DNA of 64,000 nt from Planctomycetota bacterium (GCA_034521065.1 JAXHMW010000014.1:48913-112912), one strand, 5' to 3'; shown: positions 38,383-47,376, counted from the stretch's first letter. Notes: generated from the letters alone by a model not told the origin. Translations and numbers: made by a program.

Positions 38383-40515
38383 ATGGCGAGAAGGTACGAG
38401 ACGGACGACGTACTCGCAGAGTACGAGAAGAGGCTCGCCGAAGCGGGTGACGGTGAGAATGTCGAGATACGCTCTTCGGTGCAGGTGATGCAAGTCGAGA
38501 TTCAACTCACTCTCGGCAAGCGTGGCGGAGACGCCGAACCCGTCATAGCCAACGAACAGACCTATTTCGCTGACGTTCTCGAAGACACGAAGGACTCCCG
38601 CCTGTACCGTGCGTTTATAGACAAGGTTGTCGATGCGAATGGAATTCGTGCTCAGTACGACGACCTTCTCAAACGCCTCGCGGCAACTCACGAGGCTCCG
38701 GATGCCTTTCGGCGCACTCTCATGGCTTACGTCCACCGCGACCCCTTCAAGCTCGAAAGCGCTGTGCAGCACTTCGCGGTAGATAACGCCAAGGCCGTGC
38801 AAGATAACCCGTTCTACGCGATATTCGGTGCTCATCTTTCGGCGATGCGGAGCATGGACATCTTCGAGTCCGTCCGGCCTGCAAGGCTGCGAACGGGACT
38901 GACACCGGAAGAGCACATCGAGCAGATTGTCAAGGTCTTTGCAAAGGCAGAGACGTTACGCAGGCAGGCCTTCGTTGGAGTGACGGAGGAGGAGATGGAG
39001 TTCCTGTCGGAGCAGCGCCACGCTCTGACCGAGGTCTTCGTAGAGCACATATACCTTCACATCGACCGCGACAGGGAACGCTGGGCCGATAACCAGAGAC
39101 TTCTAAAGATTGCCGAAAAAATCGACTACACGGCGCTTGCCGAAGCGCAGTTCTCCCTTCTCGCGCTCACTCGGCCCAACTTCGTCCTGGGGCTGAAAAC
39201 GGACCTCGAGACCGCATATAAGGACAAGCTCGACGAGGGAATCATCAAGGTCTTCGAAACTCCCTTCGGCCCCATGGCCATCGGCGGCAAGAGCCGAAGC
39301 CACTGGTATAGGGAGTACTCCTACGCGCTGATTATAGACCTGGGCGGCAAAGACTTCTACTCAGGCAACAGCGGCTCCGGCAATTACCACTCGGTCGTTT
39401 ATGAGAAGAACAAGGAAGGCGAGGAGAACAAGAAACGTGCGCTGGCCGTGCCGATTGGCGTAGTGCTCGACCTCGGCGGCGACGACGTTTACGAGTCAAC
39501 GCGCTCCTTCGAGATAGGCTCGGGTTCGCTTGGCTGCGGACTGTTGTTCGACCTGGAGGGCGACGACCAGTACGTCTCCATTCAGTGGGGGCAGGCCTCT
39601 TCGTTCATGGGCTGCGGAACACTCATAGACATGGCCGGTGACGACGTTTACCGCGGACGAGAGCTTTGCCAGGCCGCTTCAATCTTCGGCATCTCCGTGC
39701 TCATAGATGCCGACGGTAACGACCGCTACGAGGGCAACGAGTTCTGTCAGGCATTGGCCGGTGCGGGCTCGTGCGCGATGCTGCTCGAAGGCGGCGGCGA
39801 CGACACCTACTACAGCAAGGGCTCGCGGCCTACAAACTACGGCGATGCGGGTATCTACGACGGTTGGTCGCAGGGTTGCGCCATAGGTTTTCGCTCGTTC
39901 TCTTCGGGTGGAGTCGCAGTTCTTGCCGACGCGAGCGGCGTGGACCGCTACGAAGCGGGCAACTTCTCCCAGGGCGGCGGCTACTACTTCGGACTCGGAA
40001 TCCTGACTGACTGCTCCACCGAGGACGACCACTACATCGGCTCGCGCTACAACCAGGGCTTCAGCGCACACCAGGCCGTGGGCGCGTTCTACGACGAGGG
40101 CGGCGACGACCTGTACCAGACGCGTCAGGCGGTTGCACAGGGACTCGCCTGGGACGAGTGCGTCACTTTCTTCATAGATGCCAACGGCAACGATACTTAC
40201 GAAGGCAGCGGCTTTTCCCAAGGTGCCTCGGCACACAATTCCTTCTGCCTGTTCCACGACCGTTATGGTTCCGACCGCTACTACTGCCCTCAGGGACAGG
40301 CCCGTGCAGGCGGCAACGATTACCACGGAGGCTACTCCTTCTCGCTTTTTCTCGATACCGGCGGAGCAACCGACTACTACGACGCTTCCGGCAGCAGGGA
40401 CGACTACCTTCGGCTGAAGAAGGAGTACGGCCTGTTCGCGGACTTGCCGGTAAGGCTGGAGTACTTCATGAAGATTCCGGGCTGGCTCGAAATGATCGAA
40501 TTCGAGGACAAGTGA
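38383..40515 (+). CDS. GDxY-repeat protein A: helical N-domain plus 12 beta-solenoid-like D-x-x-G-x-D-x-Y repeats
   Basis: Intact 710-aa ORF without its own signal peptide. Repeat cores are DLGGKDFY, DLGGDDVY, DLEGDDQY, DMAGDDVY, DADGNDRY, EGGGDDTY, DASGVDRY, STEDDHY, DEGGDDLY, DANGNDTY, RYGSDRY and DTGGATDY. Each is followed by a Q/G-rich turn. Confidence 0.7.
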   Translation: MARRYETDDVLAEYEKRLAEAGDGENVEIRSSVQVMQVEIQLTLGKRGGDAEPVIANEQTYFADVLEDTKDSRLYRAFIDKVVDANGIRAQYDDLLKRLAATHEAPDAFRRTLMAYVHRDPFKLESAVQHFAVDNAKAVQDNPFYAIFGAHLSAMRSMDIFESVRPARLRTGLTPEEHIEQIVKVFAKAETLRRQAFVGVTEEEMEFLSEQRHALTEVFVEHIYLHIDRDRERWADNQRLLKIAEKIDYTALAEAQFSLLALTRPNFVLGLKTDLETAYKDKLDEGIIKVFETPFGPMAIGGKSRSHWYREYSYALIIDLGGKDFYSGNSGSGNYHSVVYEKNKEGEENKKRALAVPIGVVLDLGGDDVYESTRSFEIGSGSLGCGLLFDLEGDDQYVSIQWGQASSFMGCGTLIDMAGDDVYRGRELCQAASIFGISVLIDADGNDRYEGNEFCQALAGAGSCAMLLEGGGDDTYYSKGSRPTNYGDAGIYDGWSQGCAIGFRSFSSGGVAVLADASGVDRYEAGNFSQGGGYYFGLGILTDCSTEDDHYIGSRYNQGFSAHQAVGAFYDEGGDDLYQTRQAVAQGLAWDECVTFFIDANGNDTYEGSGFSQGASAHNSFCLFHDRYGSDRYYCPQGQARAGGNDYHGGYSFSLFLDTGGATDYYDASGSRDDYLRLKKEYGLFADLPVRLEYFMKIPGWLEMIEFEDK
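39331..40390 (+). repeat. Coding tandem repeat region of protein A (12 units, about 24-30 codons each)
   Basis: Units run from attatagacctgggcggcaaagacttctac (39331) to ctcgataccggcggagcaaccgactactac (40351-40380). They are conserved at protein level but not nucleotide-identical. Confidence 0.65.
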
Positions 40516-40610
40516 TATTCGTTCGTGAATTGCATTGAGTCCAATTGCGGATAAAATGCCTCGGTAAAGGTTGAACGCCAATCGAGGCAGCTTACATCAA
40601 AGGCGGATAC

Positions 40611-41738
40611 ATGGCGAGGTCATCAAGGTCGAGAAAGCGAGCGGCAAAGAAGGTGAAGTTCGGGCTGCCGATGAAGATAACGGTGGGCTCGGTCATCGTG
40701 GTCGTCATCGTGGAAGCGGGGCTTTTTTTCGCCTTCGGCGCCCCCAGCACGAACTGGGGCATCGTCGCTCCGCTGCTCGTGCTGTTGGTCGGGCTTGCGG
40801 GGATATTCTCTTACATGTTCTCCCTGTCCATAACCAAGCCCTTGAAGCAGGTTATCAAGGATATCAGCGCCCTTGCCGACGGCAACTACAAGATTCGCAC
40901 ACGAGTGCGCTCCGACGACGAGGTCGGTGTGCTCGCCCAGTCGGTAAACGAACTGGCCGAGAGCCTCGAAAGTGCCGAGCACAGCGTACAGGCGGTCGAG
41001 GAGGAGATGAATCTCGCAAGCGAGATACAGACCATGCTCCTGCCGGACCGCAATCCCAAGATTCCCACGCTTGACATATATCCGTTCTACGAGCCCGCCG
41101 GTGAACTTGGCGGCGACTACTACGACTTCATCCCCGTCTCGCCGGAACACCTCGGCATAATCATCGCGGACGTATCGGGCAAGGGCATTACCGGCTCGAT
41201 GGTCATGGGGCTGTTTCGGAACACTCTGCGCCGCTTTGCGGAGGGGAATACATCCACTTCCGAGGTTCTCATTAAGACGAACGAGCACCTGTCGAAGGAC
41301 ATTCCCCGCGGCATGTTCGTGACCGCATACTACGTGCTGTATCACATTCCGACCAACGAGATTACCTTTTCCTGCGCAGGTCACACCAAGATGGTGCTTT
41401 ACCGCGCTACGTCGGGCTCGATAGAACTTGTGAAACCTAACGGCATGGCGCTCGGATTCGACACCGGCATGGTATTCAACCGCAGTATCCAGGAACCTAA
41501 GATGAAGCTGCGAACGGGAGACAGGATCGTGCTTTACACCGACGGGGTGATAGAAGCTGTCAACCGTCGCGGCGACATGTTCGGCGAAAACCGCCTTTTC
41601 CGTTTCGTGAAGGACTACTCCGACCTCTCTTCCAAGGAGTTCCTCATGGAACTTCGTGAAGAACTTGACGAATTCCGTTCCGGAGCCGAGCCCAATGACG
41701 ACGTGACGCTGGTCACACTGGAAGTACTTGAGAAATGA
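40611..41738 (+). CDS. Membrane HAMP-domain PP2C (SpoIIE/RsbU-type) serine phosphatase
   Basis: Two TM helices, HAMP segment ITKPLKQVIKDISALADGNYKIRTRVRSDDEVGVLAQSVNELAESLE, then PP2C motifs ASEIQTMLLP, GGDYYDF, IADVSGKGITGS, YTDGVIEA, NDDVTLV. Confidence 0.85.
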   Translation: MARSSRSRKRAAKKVKFGLPMKITVGSVIVVVIVEAGLFFAFGAPSTNWGIVAPLLVLLVGLAGIFSYMFSLSITKPLKQVIKDISALADGNYKIRTRVRSDDEVGVLAQSVNELAESLESAEHSVQAVEEEMNLASEIQTMLLPDRNPKIPTLDIYPFYEPAGELGGDYYDFIPVSPEHLGIIIADVSGKGITGSMVMGLFRNTLRRFAEGNTSTSEVLIKTNEHLSKDIPRGMFVTAYYVLYHIPTNEITFSCAGHTKMVLYRATSGSIELVKPNGMALGFDTGMVFNRSIQEPKMKLRTGDRIVLYTDGVIEAVNRRGDMFGENRLFRFVKDYSDLSSKEFLMELREELDEFRSGAEPNDDVTLVTLEVLEK

Positions 41739-42052
41739 CGCCGGTCGAAGGTCGGTGGAAAATAGATGACCGCGCGCTTTTCGCCGCGAGAGGGGTCGTC
41801 CAGGAAGAAGATATCGCCGACTTGGTGGAACGGATCACGTCGAGCGAACTGGCAGAGGTCAGCGAGATCTACCTCGATTTGAACAAGGTCACCTTCTTTT
41901 CACCGTACGCCGCGTCCATTTTGTTTCGCAGCTACTCCCGTGTGCTCGCACAGGGCAAAAGGTTGACCTTCCTCAACCCCAACGAGGTGACCCAGTTTCT
42001 TCTCAGGCTTTTCGGAGCGGACTATGTGTTCCCGGTCGTCACGGGCGTGTAA
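41735..42052 (+). CDS. STAS-domain protein (anti-sigma-factor-antagonist-like)
   Basis: It overlaps the phosphatase stop by 4 nt. IYLDLNKVTFFSPYAASILF...GKRLTFLNPNEVTQFLLRLFG follows the SpoIIAA/RsbV layout. Confidence 0.6.
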   Translation: MTPVEGRWKIDDRALFAARGVVQEEDIADLVERITSSELAEVSEIYLDLNKVTFFSPYAASILFRSYSRVLAQGKRLTFLNPNEVTQFLLRLFGADYVFPVVTGV

Positions 42053-42482
42053 GCGCCCTGCGATATTGGTCAGCGCGTGTCTGCTCGGTCATCGCACGCG
42101 CTATGACGGTGCGAGCAAGCCTGTCCGCAACCTTCCCCTCAGCGACTTAGTTGTGGTTTCCTTCTGTCCTGAACAGGACGGCGGGCTCCCCACGCCAAGG
42201 CCGGTTCAGATGCTTTCATGCGGCGATGGTGCTGCGGTGCTGGACGGGAGCGCGAAGGTCATCAACTGCGAAGGCGTTGACGTTTCCGAACAGTTCATAG
42301 CAGGCGCGAAAAAGGCGCTTGAGCTTGCAAAACAGCACAATGCATCGGCCGCGCTTGTGAAAGGCCGTTCACCGTCCTGTGGCGGTTATCATGTCTGGGT
42401 GGACGGCAAACTGGTGAACGGCACCGGCGTTGCCACCGCGCTTCTGAGACGCAACGGAATAACCTGTATAGAGGTCAACTGA
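42024..42482 (+). CDS. DUF523 (YbbK/TudS-like) family protein
   Basis: ILVSACLLGHRTRYDG, FCPEQDGGLPTPRP, VKGRSPSCG. Confidence 0.7.
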   Translation: MCSRSSRACKRPAILVSACLLGHRTRYDGASKPVRNLPLSDLVVVSFCPEQDGGLPTPRPVQMLSCGDGAAVLDGSAKVINCEGVDVSEQFIAGAKKALELAKQHNASAALVKGRSPSCGGYHVWVDGKLVNGTGVATALLRRNGITCIEVN

Positions 42483-44255
42483 ATGAACCGTATCCGCAAG
42501 CTGGACAGGTCGGTAATAGACCAGATTGCTGCGGGCGAGATAATCGAACGCCCCGCATCGGTCGTGAAGGAACTGGTGGAGAACTCCATAGATGCAGGTT
42601 CCACGGACATCTGCATCGACCTCGAACAGGGCGGCAGGAAACTCATACGCATCTCCGATAACGGGCACGGCATCGAGAAGGACGACCTGCCTCTTTCTGT
42701 CGAACCCCACTCCACCTCTAAACTGCGAAGCTCTGCCGAACTGGCCGAGGTCACCTCTCTCGGTTTTCGCGGCGAAGCTCTTGCCTCGATAGCTTCGGTG
42801 AGCCGTCTCACTATTCGCTCGCGAACACCCGAAAACGATACGGGCTATTCGATAAGCTGTACCTTCGGCGAGACAGGGGAGATAAGCGCATGCGGAATGA
42901 GAGTCGGCACGGTCATCGAGGTAGCCGACCTTTTCCAGAACCTGCCTGCGCGAAAGAAGTTTATGAAAGCGCCCTCGACGGAATCCGCGCACATCAGCGA
43001 GATGGTTCAAAGGCTCGCCCTGGCATATCCGCTCATTGGCTTTCGCCTGACGTCCGGCAAGCGCACCTCGTTGCTCGCAACTCCCGAGTCGGGTCTTCTG
43101 AGGCGTATCAGGGATTTTTTCGGCGACGAGGTCGCAGAGGGGATGCTGGAAGTCTCCTACGAGGATTCCGTGTTCGGATCCCTTTCCGGTTTCGTGTCGA
43201 GACCGCCGCTCGCAAGGGCCAACAGCAAGTGCCAGTACACCTTCCTCAACGGACGATACATCAAGGACCGTCAGTTCTCCGCCGCCATCGCCGAGGCCTA
43301 CCGAGGCAAACTCATTAGCGGGCAGTATCCGCTCGTGTTTCTCTCGTACGTGGTATCACCGGAACTGTTCGATGTGAACGTCCATCCCGCCAAAACCGAG
43401 GTGCGCTTTTTGGAAAAGCACAGGGCGTTTTCCGTAACTCATAACGCCATATGCGCAGCGCTCGACAAGGTCGAAGGTCCACTCGATATTGGCTCGGATT
43501 CCCCCTCCATGCCGTCCTCGTCCGTTCAGAGAGAACTCCGTACCAGCTTGCGAGACAGAATGTCCTCTCGGCCGCCTTCACCGTACGGCGATAAGGGCGC
43601 AGCCGAGACGCGCCATTCGTACCAGTCCTCGCGGGAATGGCGCAGGCCGGAGATTCCCCAACCGAGCAAGGAGCCCCGCGTATCCGAGCAGTTCGAAGTT
43701 GACGGCTGGCAGTACATGGGCTCGCTCGATGACACGTACTTGTTCTTTACCGAAGGTGATTCTCTTGTCGTGGTGGATCAGCACGCACTTCACGAGCGCA
43801 TCCTGTACGAAAAGCTTCTCGAACGCGACGAGCCCCATTCCGAACGGCTTCTCATTCCACAGGTGATAGAGCTTTCCGGCGGGGAATTCGCCATGTGGGA
43901 AGCCGCATCCAAAGGACTTGCGGAGGCCGGATTCGAGACCGAGCAGTTCGGCGAGCGCACGATAGCCATACACGCGGTGCCGGAGGGTTTCCCCATAGAG
44001 AAATGCGCGGAGGTGTTGCAGGCTTCGATTCGTGAGGCCAGCGGAGAGGGCAGGGCGGATACCAGGATGGTGTTGGAGACAATGGCCTGCAAGGCTGCTG
44101 TAAAGGCGCACGACCCACTCGAACGCTCTGAGATAGAGTCTCTGATTCGGCAGTACAGGGCCCTTGGGTCGAAGGGCTCGACCTGTCCGCACGGCAGACC
44201 GGCGGTGATAAGAATGTCTCCCGCGCAGGTGAAAAAGTGGTTCAAAAGGACGTAG
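42483..44255 (+). CDS. mutL: DNA mismatch repair protein MutL
   Basis: IDQIAAGEIIERPASVVKELVENSIDAG, ISDNGHGI, GFRGEALASI, FVNGRYI-like FLNGRYIKD, C-terminal QHALHERILYE and CPHGRP. Confidence 0.95.
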   Translation: MNRIRKLDRSVIDQIAAGEIIERPASVVKELVENSIDAGSTDICIDLEQGGRKLIRISDNGHGIEKDDLPLSVEPHSTSKLRSSAELAEVTSLGFRGEALASIASVSRLTIRSRTPENDTGYSISCTFGETGEISACGMRVGTVIEVADLFQNLPARKKFMKAPSTESAHISEMVQRLALAYPLIGFRLTSGKRTSLLATPESGLLRRIRDFFGDEVAEGMLEVSYEDSVFGSLSGFVSRPPLARANSKCQYTFLNGRYIKDRQFSAAIAEAYRGKLISGQYPLVFLSYVVSPELFDVNVHPAKTEVRFLEKHRAFSVTHNAICAALDKVEGPLDIGSDSPSMPSSSVQRELRTSLRDRMSSRPPSPYGDKGAAETRHSYQSSREWRRPEIPQPSKEPRVSEQFEVDGWQYMGSLDDTYLFFTEGDSLVVVDQHALHERILYEKLLERDEPHSERLLIPQVIELSGGEFAMWEAASKGLAEAGFETEQFGERTIAIHAVPEGFPIEKCAEVLQASIREASGEGRADTRMVLETMACKAAVKAHDPLERSEIESLIRQYRALGSKGSTCPHGRPAVIRMSPAQVKKWFKRT

Positions 44256-45203
44256 GTGATGGCTCGCAGAAAGGATATCCGCATAATCATCGGTCCGACC
44301 GCATCGGGCAAGTCTAAGCTCGCCGCTCGCGTGGCGAAGCGGCTTGAGACCGACGTGATATCCATGGACAGCATGAAGGTGTACCGCCGCATGGACATAG
44401 GCACAGCCAAACCGTCAGCAAAGCTGCGCCGCGAGGTCACCTATCACATGATCGATATTCTCGAACCCACCCAGACCTATACCGTGGCCGACTACGTTCA
44501 GGACTCCATGCGGATTGCCGACACGCTCCACGGGCTGGGCAAACCACCGCTGTTCGCAGGCGGTACCGCTCTGTATTACAAGGGCATAATCGAGGGGATA
44601 TTCGAAGGCCCTGCGGTTGACCCGGCTGTGCGCAAAAGCCTCGAGAAGCAGGCCGACGAAGAGGGCGTGCCCGCCCTGCACTCGGAACTGTCGAAAGTTG
44701 ACTCCGCATCCGGCAAGCGCATTCTCGAAAACGACCGACGCCGCATCATCCGCGCTCTCGAGGTGTACAGGACGACCGGCCAAACCATTACCTCCCTGCA
44801 GAAGCAGTTCGGGACACGAAGGGAAGGTTACCGGTTCTTCGTGCTGGGACTCCTGCCCGAAAGGGAGTACTGTTACAGGCTGTGTGAGGCGCGAGTTGAC
44901 AGGATGGTGCAGGAAGGGCTGGTGGAAGAGGCCAGAGATCTTTATCGAGACCGGGCGAGACTCGGGCGCGGCCCGCTTCAGGCCGTGGGCTACAAGGAAC
45001 TCTTCGAGCATTTTGCGGGGAATCTCCCGCTCGAAGAGGCGATAGAGAATATCCGCACCCACACCCGCCAGTTCGCACGAAGGCAGTACATGTGGTTCAG
45101 GAAGTTTGAAGATGTCAAATGGATTGACCGCCTTCCCGGCGACACGCCCGAGAGCCTCGAAGAACGCGCAGTGAACGAGTACCCCGAGTTCTTCGGCCTG
45201 TGA
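44256..45203 (+). CDS. miaA: tRNA dimethylallyltransferase
   Basis: IIGPTASGKSKLA (P-loop), ISMDSMKVYRRMDIGTAKPS, HMIDI, GGTALYYKGI. Confidence 0.9.
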   Translation: MMARRKDIRIIIGPTASGKSKLAARVAKRLETDVISMDSMKVYRRMDIGTAKPSAKLRREVTYHMIDILEPTQTYTVADYVQDSMRIADTLHGLGKPPLFAGGTALYYKGIIEGIFEGPAVDPAVRKSLEKQADEEGVPALHSELSKVDSASGKRILENDRRRIIRALEVYRTTGQTITSLQKQFGTRREGYRFFVLGLLPEREYCYRLCEARVDRMVQEGLVEEARDLYRDRARLGRGPLQAVGYKELFEHFAGNLPLEEAIENIRTHTRQFARRQYMWFRKFEDVKWIDRLPGDTPESLEERAVNEYPEFFGL

Positions 45204-45328
45204 CATTCAAACAGCGCAAAGCGTCCGGTACTTTCTGCTCACGCACACTCACTGACTGTTGGCTTATTCATAGGTTTGCACGAAGTACGGACCGCAATTG
45301 CGGTTGATGCGGGGAGTTGGGCCAAGGC

Positions 45329-45356
45329 AAAAAAGGCCCGCCGAATGGCGGGCCTT
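45329..45356. terminator. Bidirectional hairpin terminator between the convergent miaA and SH3-protein genes
   Basis: aaaaaa-ggcccgcc / gaat / ggcgggcc. The minus-strand reading gives a T-run directly after the stem. Confidence 0.7.
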
Positions 45357-45379
45357 CGATTTTCGGACGAGCCGTATTC

Positions 45380-46492
45380 TCAGTCGCGCGGGGGAGTGCG
45401 CTTTTCATGGTCGAGGATGGTGACCTCGGTCACTTCGATAATATCGTAGTCCCAGCCCTGGGGCGCGGGGACCACGGTTCCCTGTATTCCCACGTACAGC
45501 CCCCAGTAGTCGTCGAGGTTGATGGTTTCGCTCTTGAGCATGTAAAGGACTTCCTTGCCCTTGTAGAGCTTGTGGGTCGCGGGGCGGTTGATGACGACGC
45601 CCATGGAGTAAACGACTCCGGTGGCGACGTACTCTACCTTCTCCTCCTCTTCCTTTTCCTGGCGAGCCTCACGCAGCTTCCTGAGCTTCTCGTCGAGTTC
45701 GCGCTTGAGCTGTTCGAGGCGCTTTTCGAGGTCCTCGTTCTTGTCCTTCAGATCCTCGAGCGCCTTCTTCTGCTGAATGTAGAAATCGCAAACCGCGATT
45801 CGGCGTTTGGCGTCCGCGTGAAGCTCTTCGGCCTCGGGAGATGCGACGATCTTCTCGTACATGCGCTTGACTTTCTCGAAGTCCGCCGAAAGAGGTGGCT
45901 TGCCCTGTTCGGTCTGGAAGGCCTTCTCCGCCTCTTCAAATTTCTTTTGCCACTTGTCCATGGGGGCGGGAGTGGGTTCGGGAGTCTTTCCGGGCTGAGT
46001 ATTCTTCGTTTCCTTCGGGGGCGGGGTCTTCTCAGGCAGCAGTTCCACGTAGTCCTTGTGCATATAGATCTTGGCCTTCGAAGGTGCTTCAATGCGCAGC
46101 CAGTCGCCGCTCTTCTCGATAATGCGAAGCTTTTCGGGCTTGTTGACCTGGCACACGACCGTGCCGCTTTTCTTGCGTGCCCGAACGTTCACTTTGGTGG
46201 CGTTGACCGTGCCGTTCTTGCCGTTTACGTCAACGTATTTCGCGTAGATCCACACCGGTACGCCGGAGGGACATTTCAGAAGATAGTAGCTTCCTGAAAG
46301 ACCGAGGACTGTAACCTCTTTGCCCTTGTCAAAGGTTCTGAGCGTCTCGTACTTCTTGCTGTTTCCGGCCCGGACGTACACGTTATCGCCCGTGACTACG
46401 CCTCGCGCGGGGTACTTGTCAGCATAGGCGAATACGGCGGTGAAAACGAAAGCGACGGCGATCAAAAGAGCGATTTTCCTGTGATTGTTCAT
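45380..46492 (-). CDS. Secreted protein with bacterial SH3 domains and a central K/E-rich coiled coil
   Basis: Signal MNNHRKIALLIAVAFVFTAVFAYA. Two SH3_3-like units: GDNVYVRAGNSKKYETLRTFDKGKEVTVL and KVNVRARKKSGTVVCQVNKPEKLRIIEKSGDWLRI. Coiled coil: LEDLKDKNEDLEKRLEQLKRELDEKLRKLREARQEKEEEE. Confidence 0.65.
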   Translation of the reverse strand: MNNHRKIALLIAVAFVFTAVFAYADKYPARGVVTGDNVYVRAGNSKKYETLRTFDKGKEVTVLGLSGSYYLLKCPSGVPVWIYAKYVDVNGKNGTVNATKVNVRARKKSGTVVCQVNKPEKLRIIEKSGDWLRIEAPSKAKIYMHKDYVELLPEKTPPPKETKNTQPGKTPEPTPAPMDKWQKKFEEAEKAFQTEQGKPPLSADFEKVKRMYEKIVASPEAEELHADAKRRIAVCDFYIQQKKALEDLKDKNEDLEKRLEQLKRELDEKLRKLREARQEKEEEEKVEYVATGVVYSMGVVINRPATHKLYKGKEVLYMLKSETINLDDYWGLYVGIQGTVVPAPQGWDYDIIEVTEVTILDHEKRTPPRD

Positions 46493-47376
46493 TTGGTCTT
46501 CCCCGTGACGGACTTGTCGTGCCTGTTACCAGCGGTGTCAGCGCAGCAGTAGTTCAAAAGCGAGGAAAGTGTATCCCTCATGTCCTTGCGTTCAACTATC
46601 TTATCAATTTGCCCGTGTTCGAGCAAGAACTCGGACAACTGAAAACCCTTGGGAAGTTCGATCCGCAAAGTCTCGCGGATGACTCGAGGTCCGGTGAAGC
46701 CGATAAGTGCGCGGGGCTCGGCGATAATGATGTCGCCAAGCGAGGCGTAGGACGCCATTACTCCGGCCATTGTAGGATTGGTGAGAACGCTTATGTAAAG
46801 CAGTCCGGCATCGTTGAAGCGAGCCACGGCGGCGCTCGTCTTCGCCATCTGCATAAGGGATATAAGGCCCTCGTGCATTCGTGCTCCGCCTGAAGCGTTT
46901 ACCAGTATTAGCGGGAGACCTGCCTCAAGCGCGTCCTCGAACAGGCGGGTCACCTTCTCGCCGACCACCGAGCCCATGCTCGCCATCAGGAAGGTCTGCT
47001 CCATTGCTCCGATAAAGCAGGGCTTTTCGTCTATCTCTGCGCGGCCCGTAATTATGGCTTCCGGCAGTCCGGTCTTCTCCATCTCTCGCTCGACCCTGCC
47101 TTCGTATGCTGTAATTGCTTTGAAGGAAAGCGGGTCGGCGGTCTTCAGGTCGGCATGGGTCTCCTTGAACGAGCCTTCGTCACAGATGCTCGCTATGCGC
47201 TTGCGCGCCGGCATGGGATGATAGAAGCCGCATTCCTGGCAGATGAAATTGTTCTCTTCGAAGTTTTTCTGGACGAATATCGCTCCGCACTTGCGGCACT
47301 TGTTGAACATGCCGTCGGGAATCTGGCGTTCCTTGCCCCTCAGCGGGAAGCTCTTGAACTTCTCCCAGCTACTCAT
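46489..47376 (-). CDS. accD: Acetyl-CoA carboxylase carboxyltransferase beta subunit
   Basis: Zinc ribbon CRKCGAIF...CQECGFYH, then MGSVVGEK, ASGGARMHEG, and PTMAGVMASYASLGD, which resembles the usual PTTGGV region. Confidence 0.9.
   Translation of the reverse strand: MSSWEKFKSFPLRGKERQIPDGMFNKCRKCGAIFVQKNFEENNFICQECGFYHPMPARKRIASICDEGSFKETHADLKTADPLSFKAITAYEGRVEREMEKTGLPEAIITGRAEIDEKPCFIGAMEQTFLMASMGSVVGEKVTRLFEDALEAGLPLILVNASGGARMHEGLISLMQMAKTSAAVARFNDAGLLYISVLTNPTMAGVMASYASLGDIIIAEPRALIGFTGPRVIRETLRIELPKGFQLSEFLLEHGQIDKIVERKDMRDTLSSLLNYCCADTAGNRHDKSVTGKTK

Noticed and set aside
39331-40390. Calling the GDxY repeats RTX / hemolysin-type calcium-binding repeats
   Set aside because: RTX units are nonapeptides (GGxGxDxUx) arranged back to back. 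Here the G-x-D core recurs only every 24-30 residues, has an invariant Tyr, and is separated by QG-containing strands. The similarity is limited to the turn, so I report the repeat as unassigned.
39679-40581. 300-aa minus-strand ORF opposite the GDxY repeats
   Set aside because: It is a shadow ORF. Its V/A-rich repeats (VVVAA...) simply mirror the Gly/Asp/Tyr codon periodicity of the plus-strand gene.
45317-46297. 326-aa plus-strand ORF rich in L/F/E/V
   Set aside because: It is the antisense of the K/E-rich coiled coil and SH3 gene (45380-46492). The repetitive LLLFLFL and FEALFEVLVL strings are the complement of EEKE/KLRE codons. The minus-strand gene has a signal peptide, SH3 motifs and a terminator.
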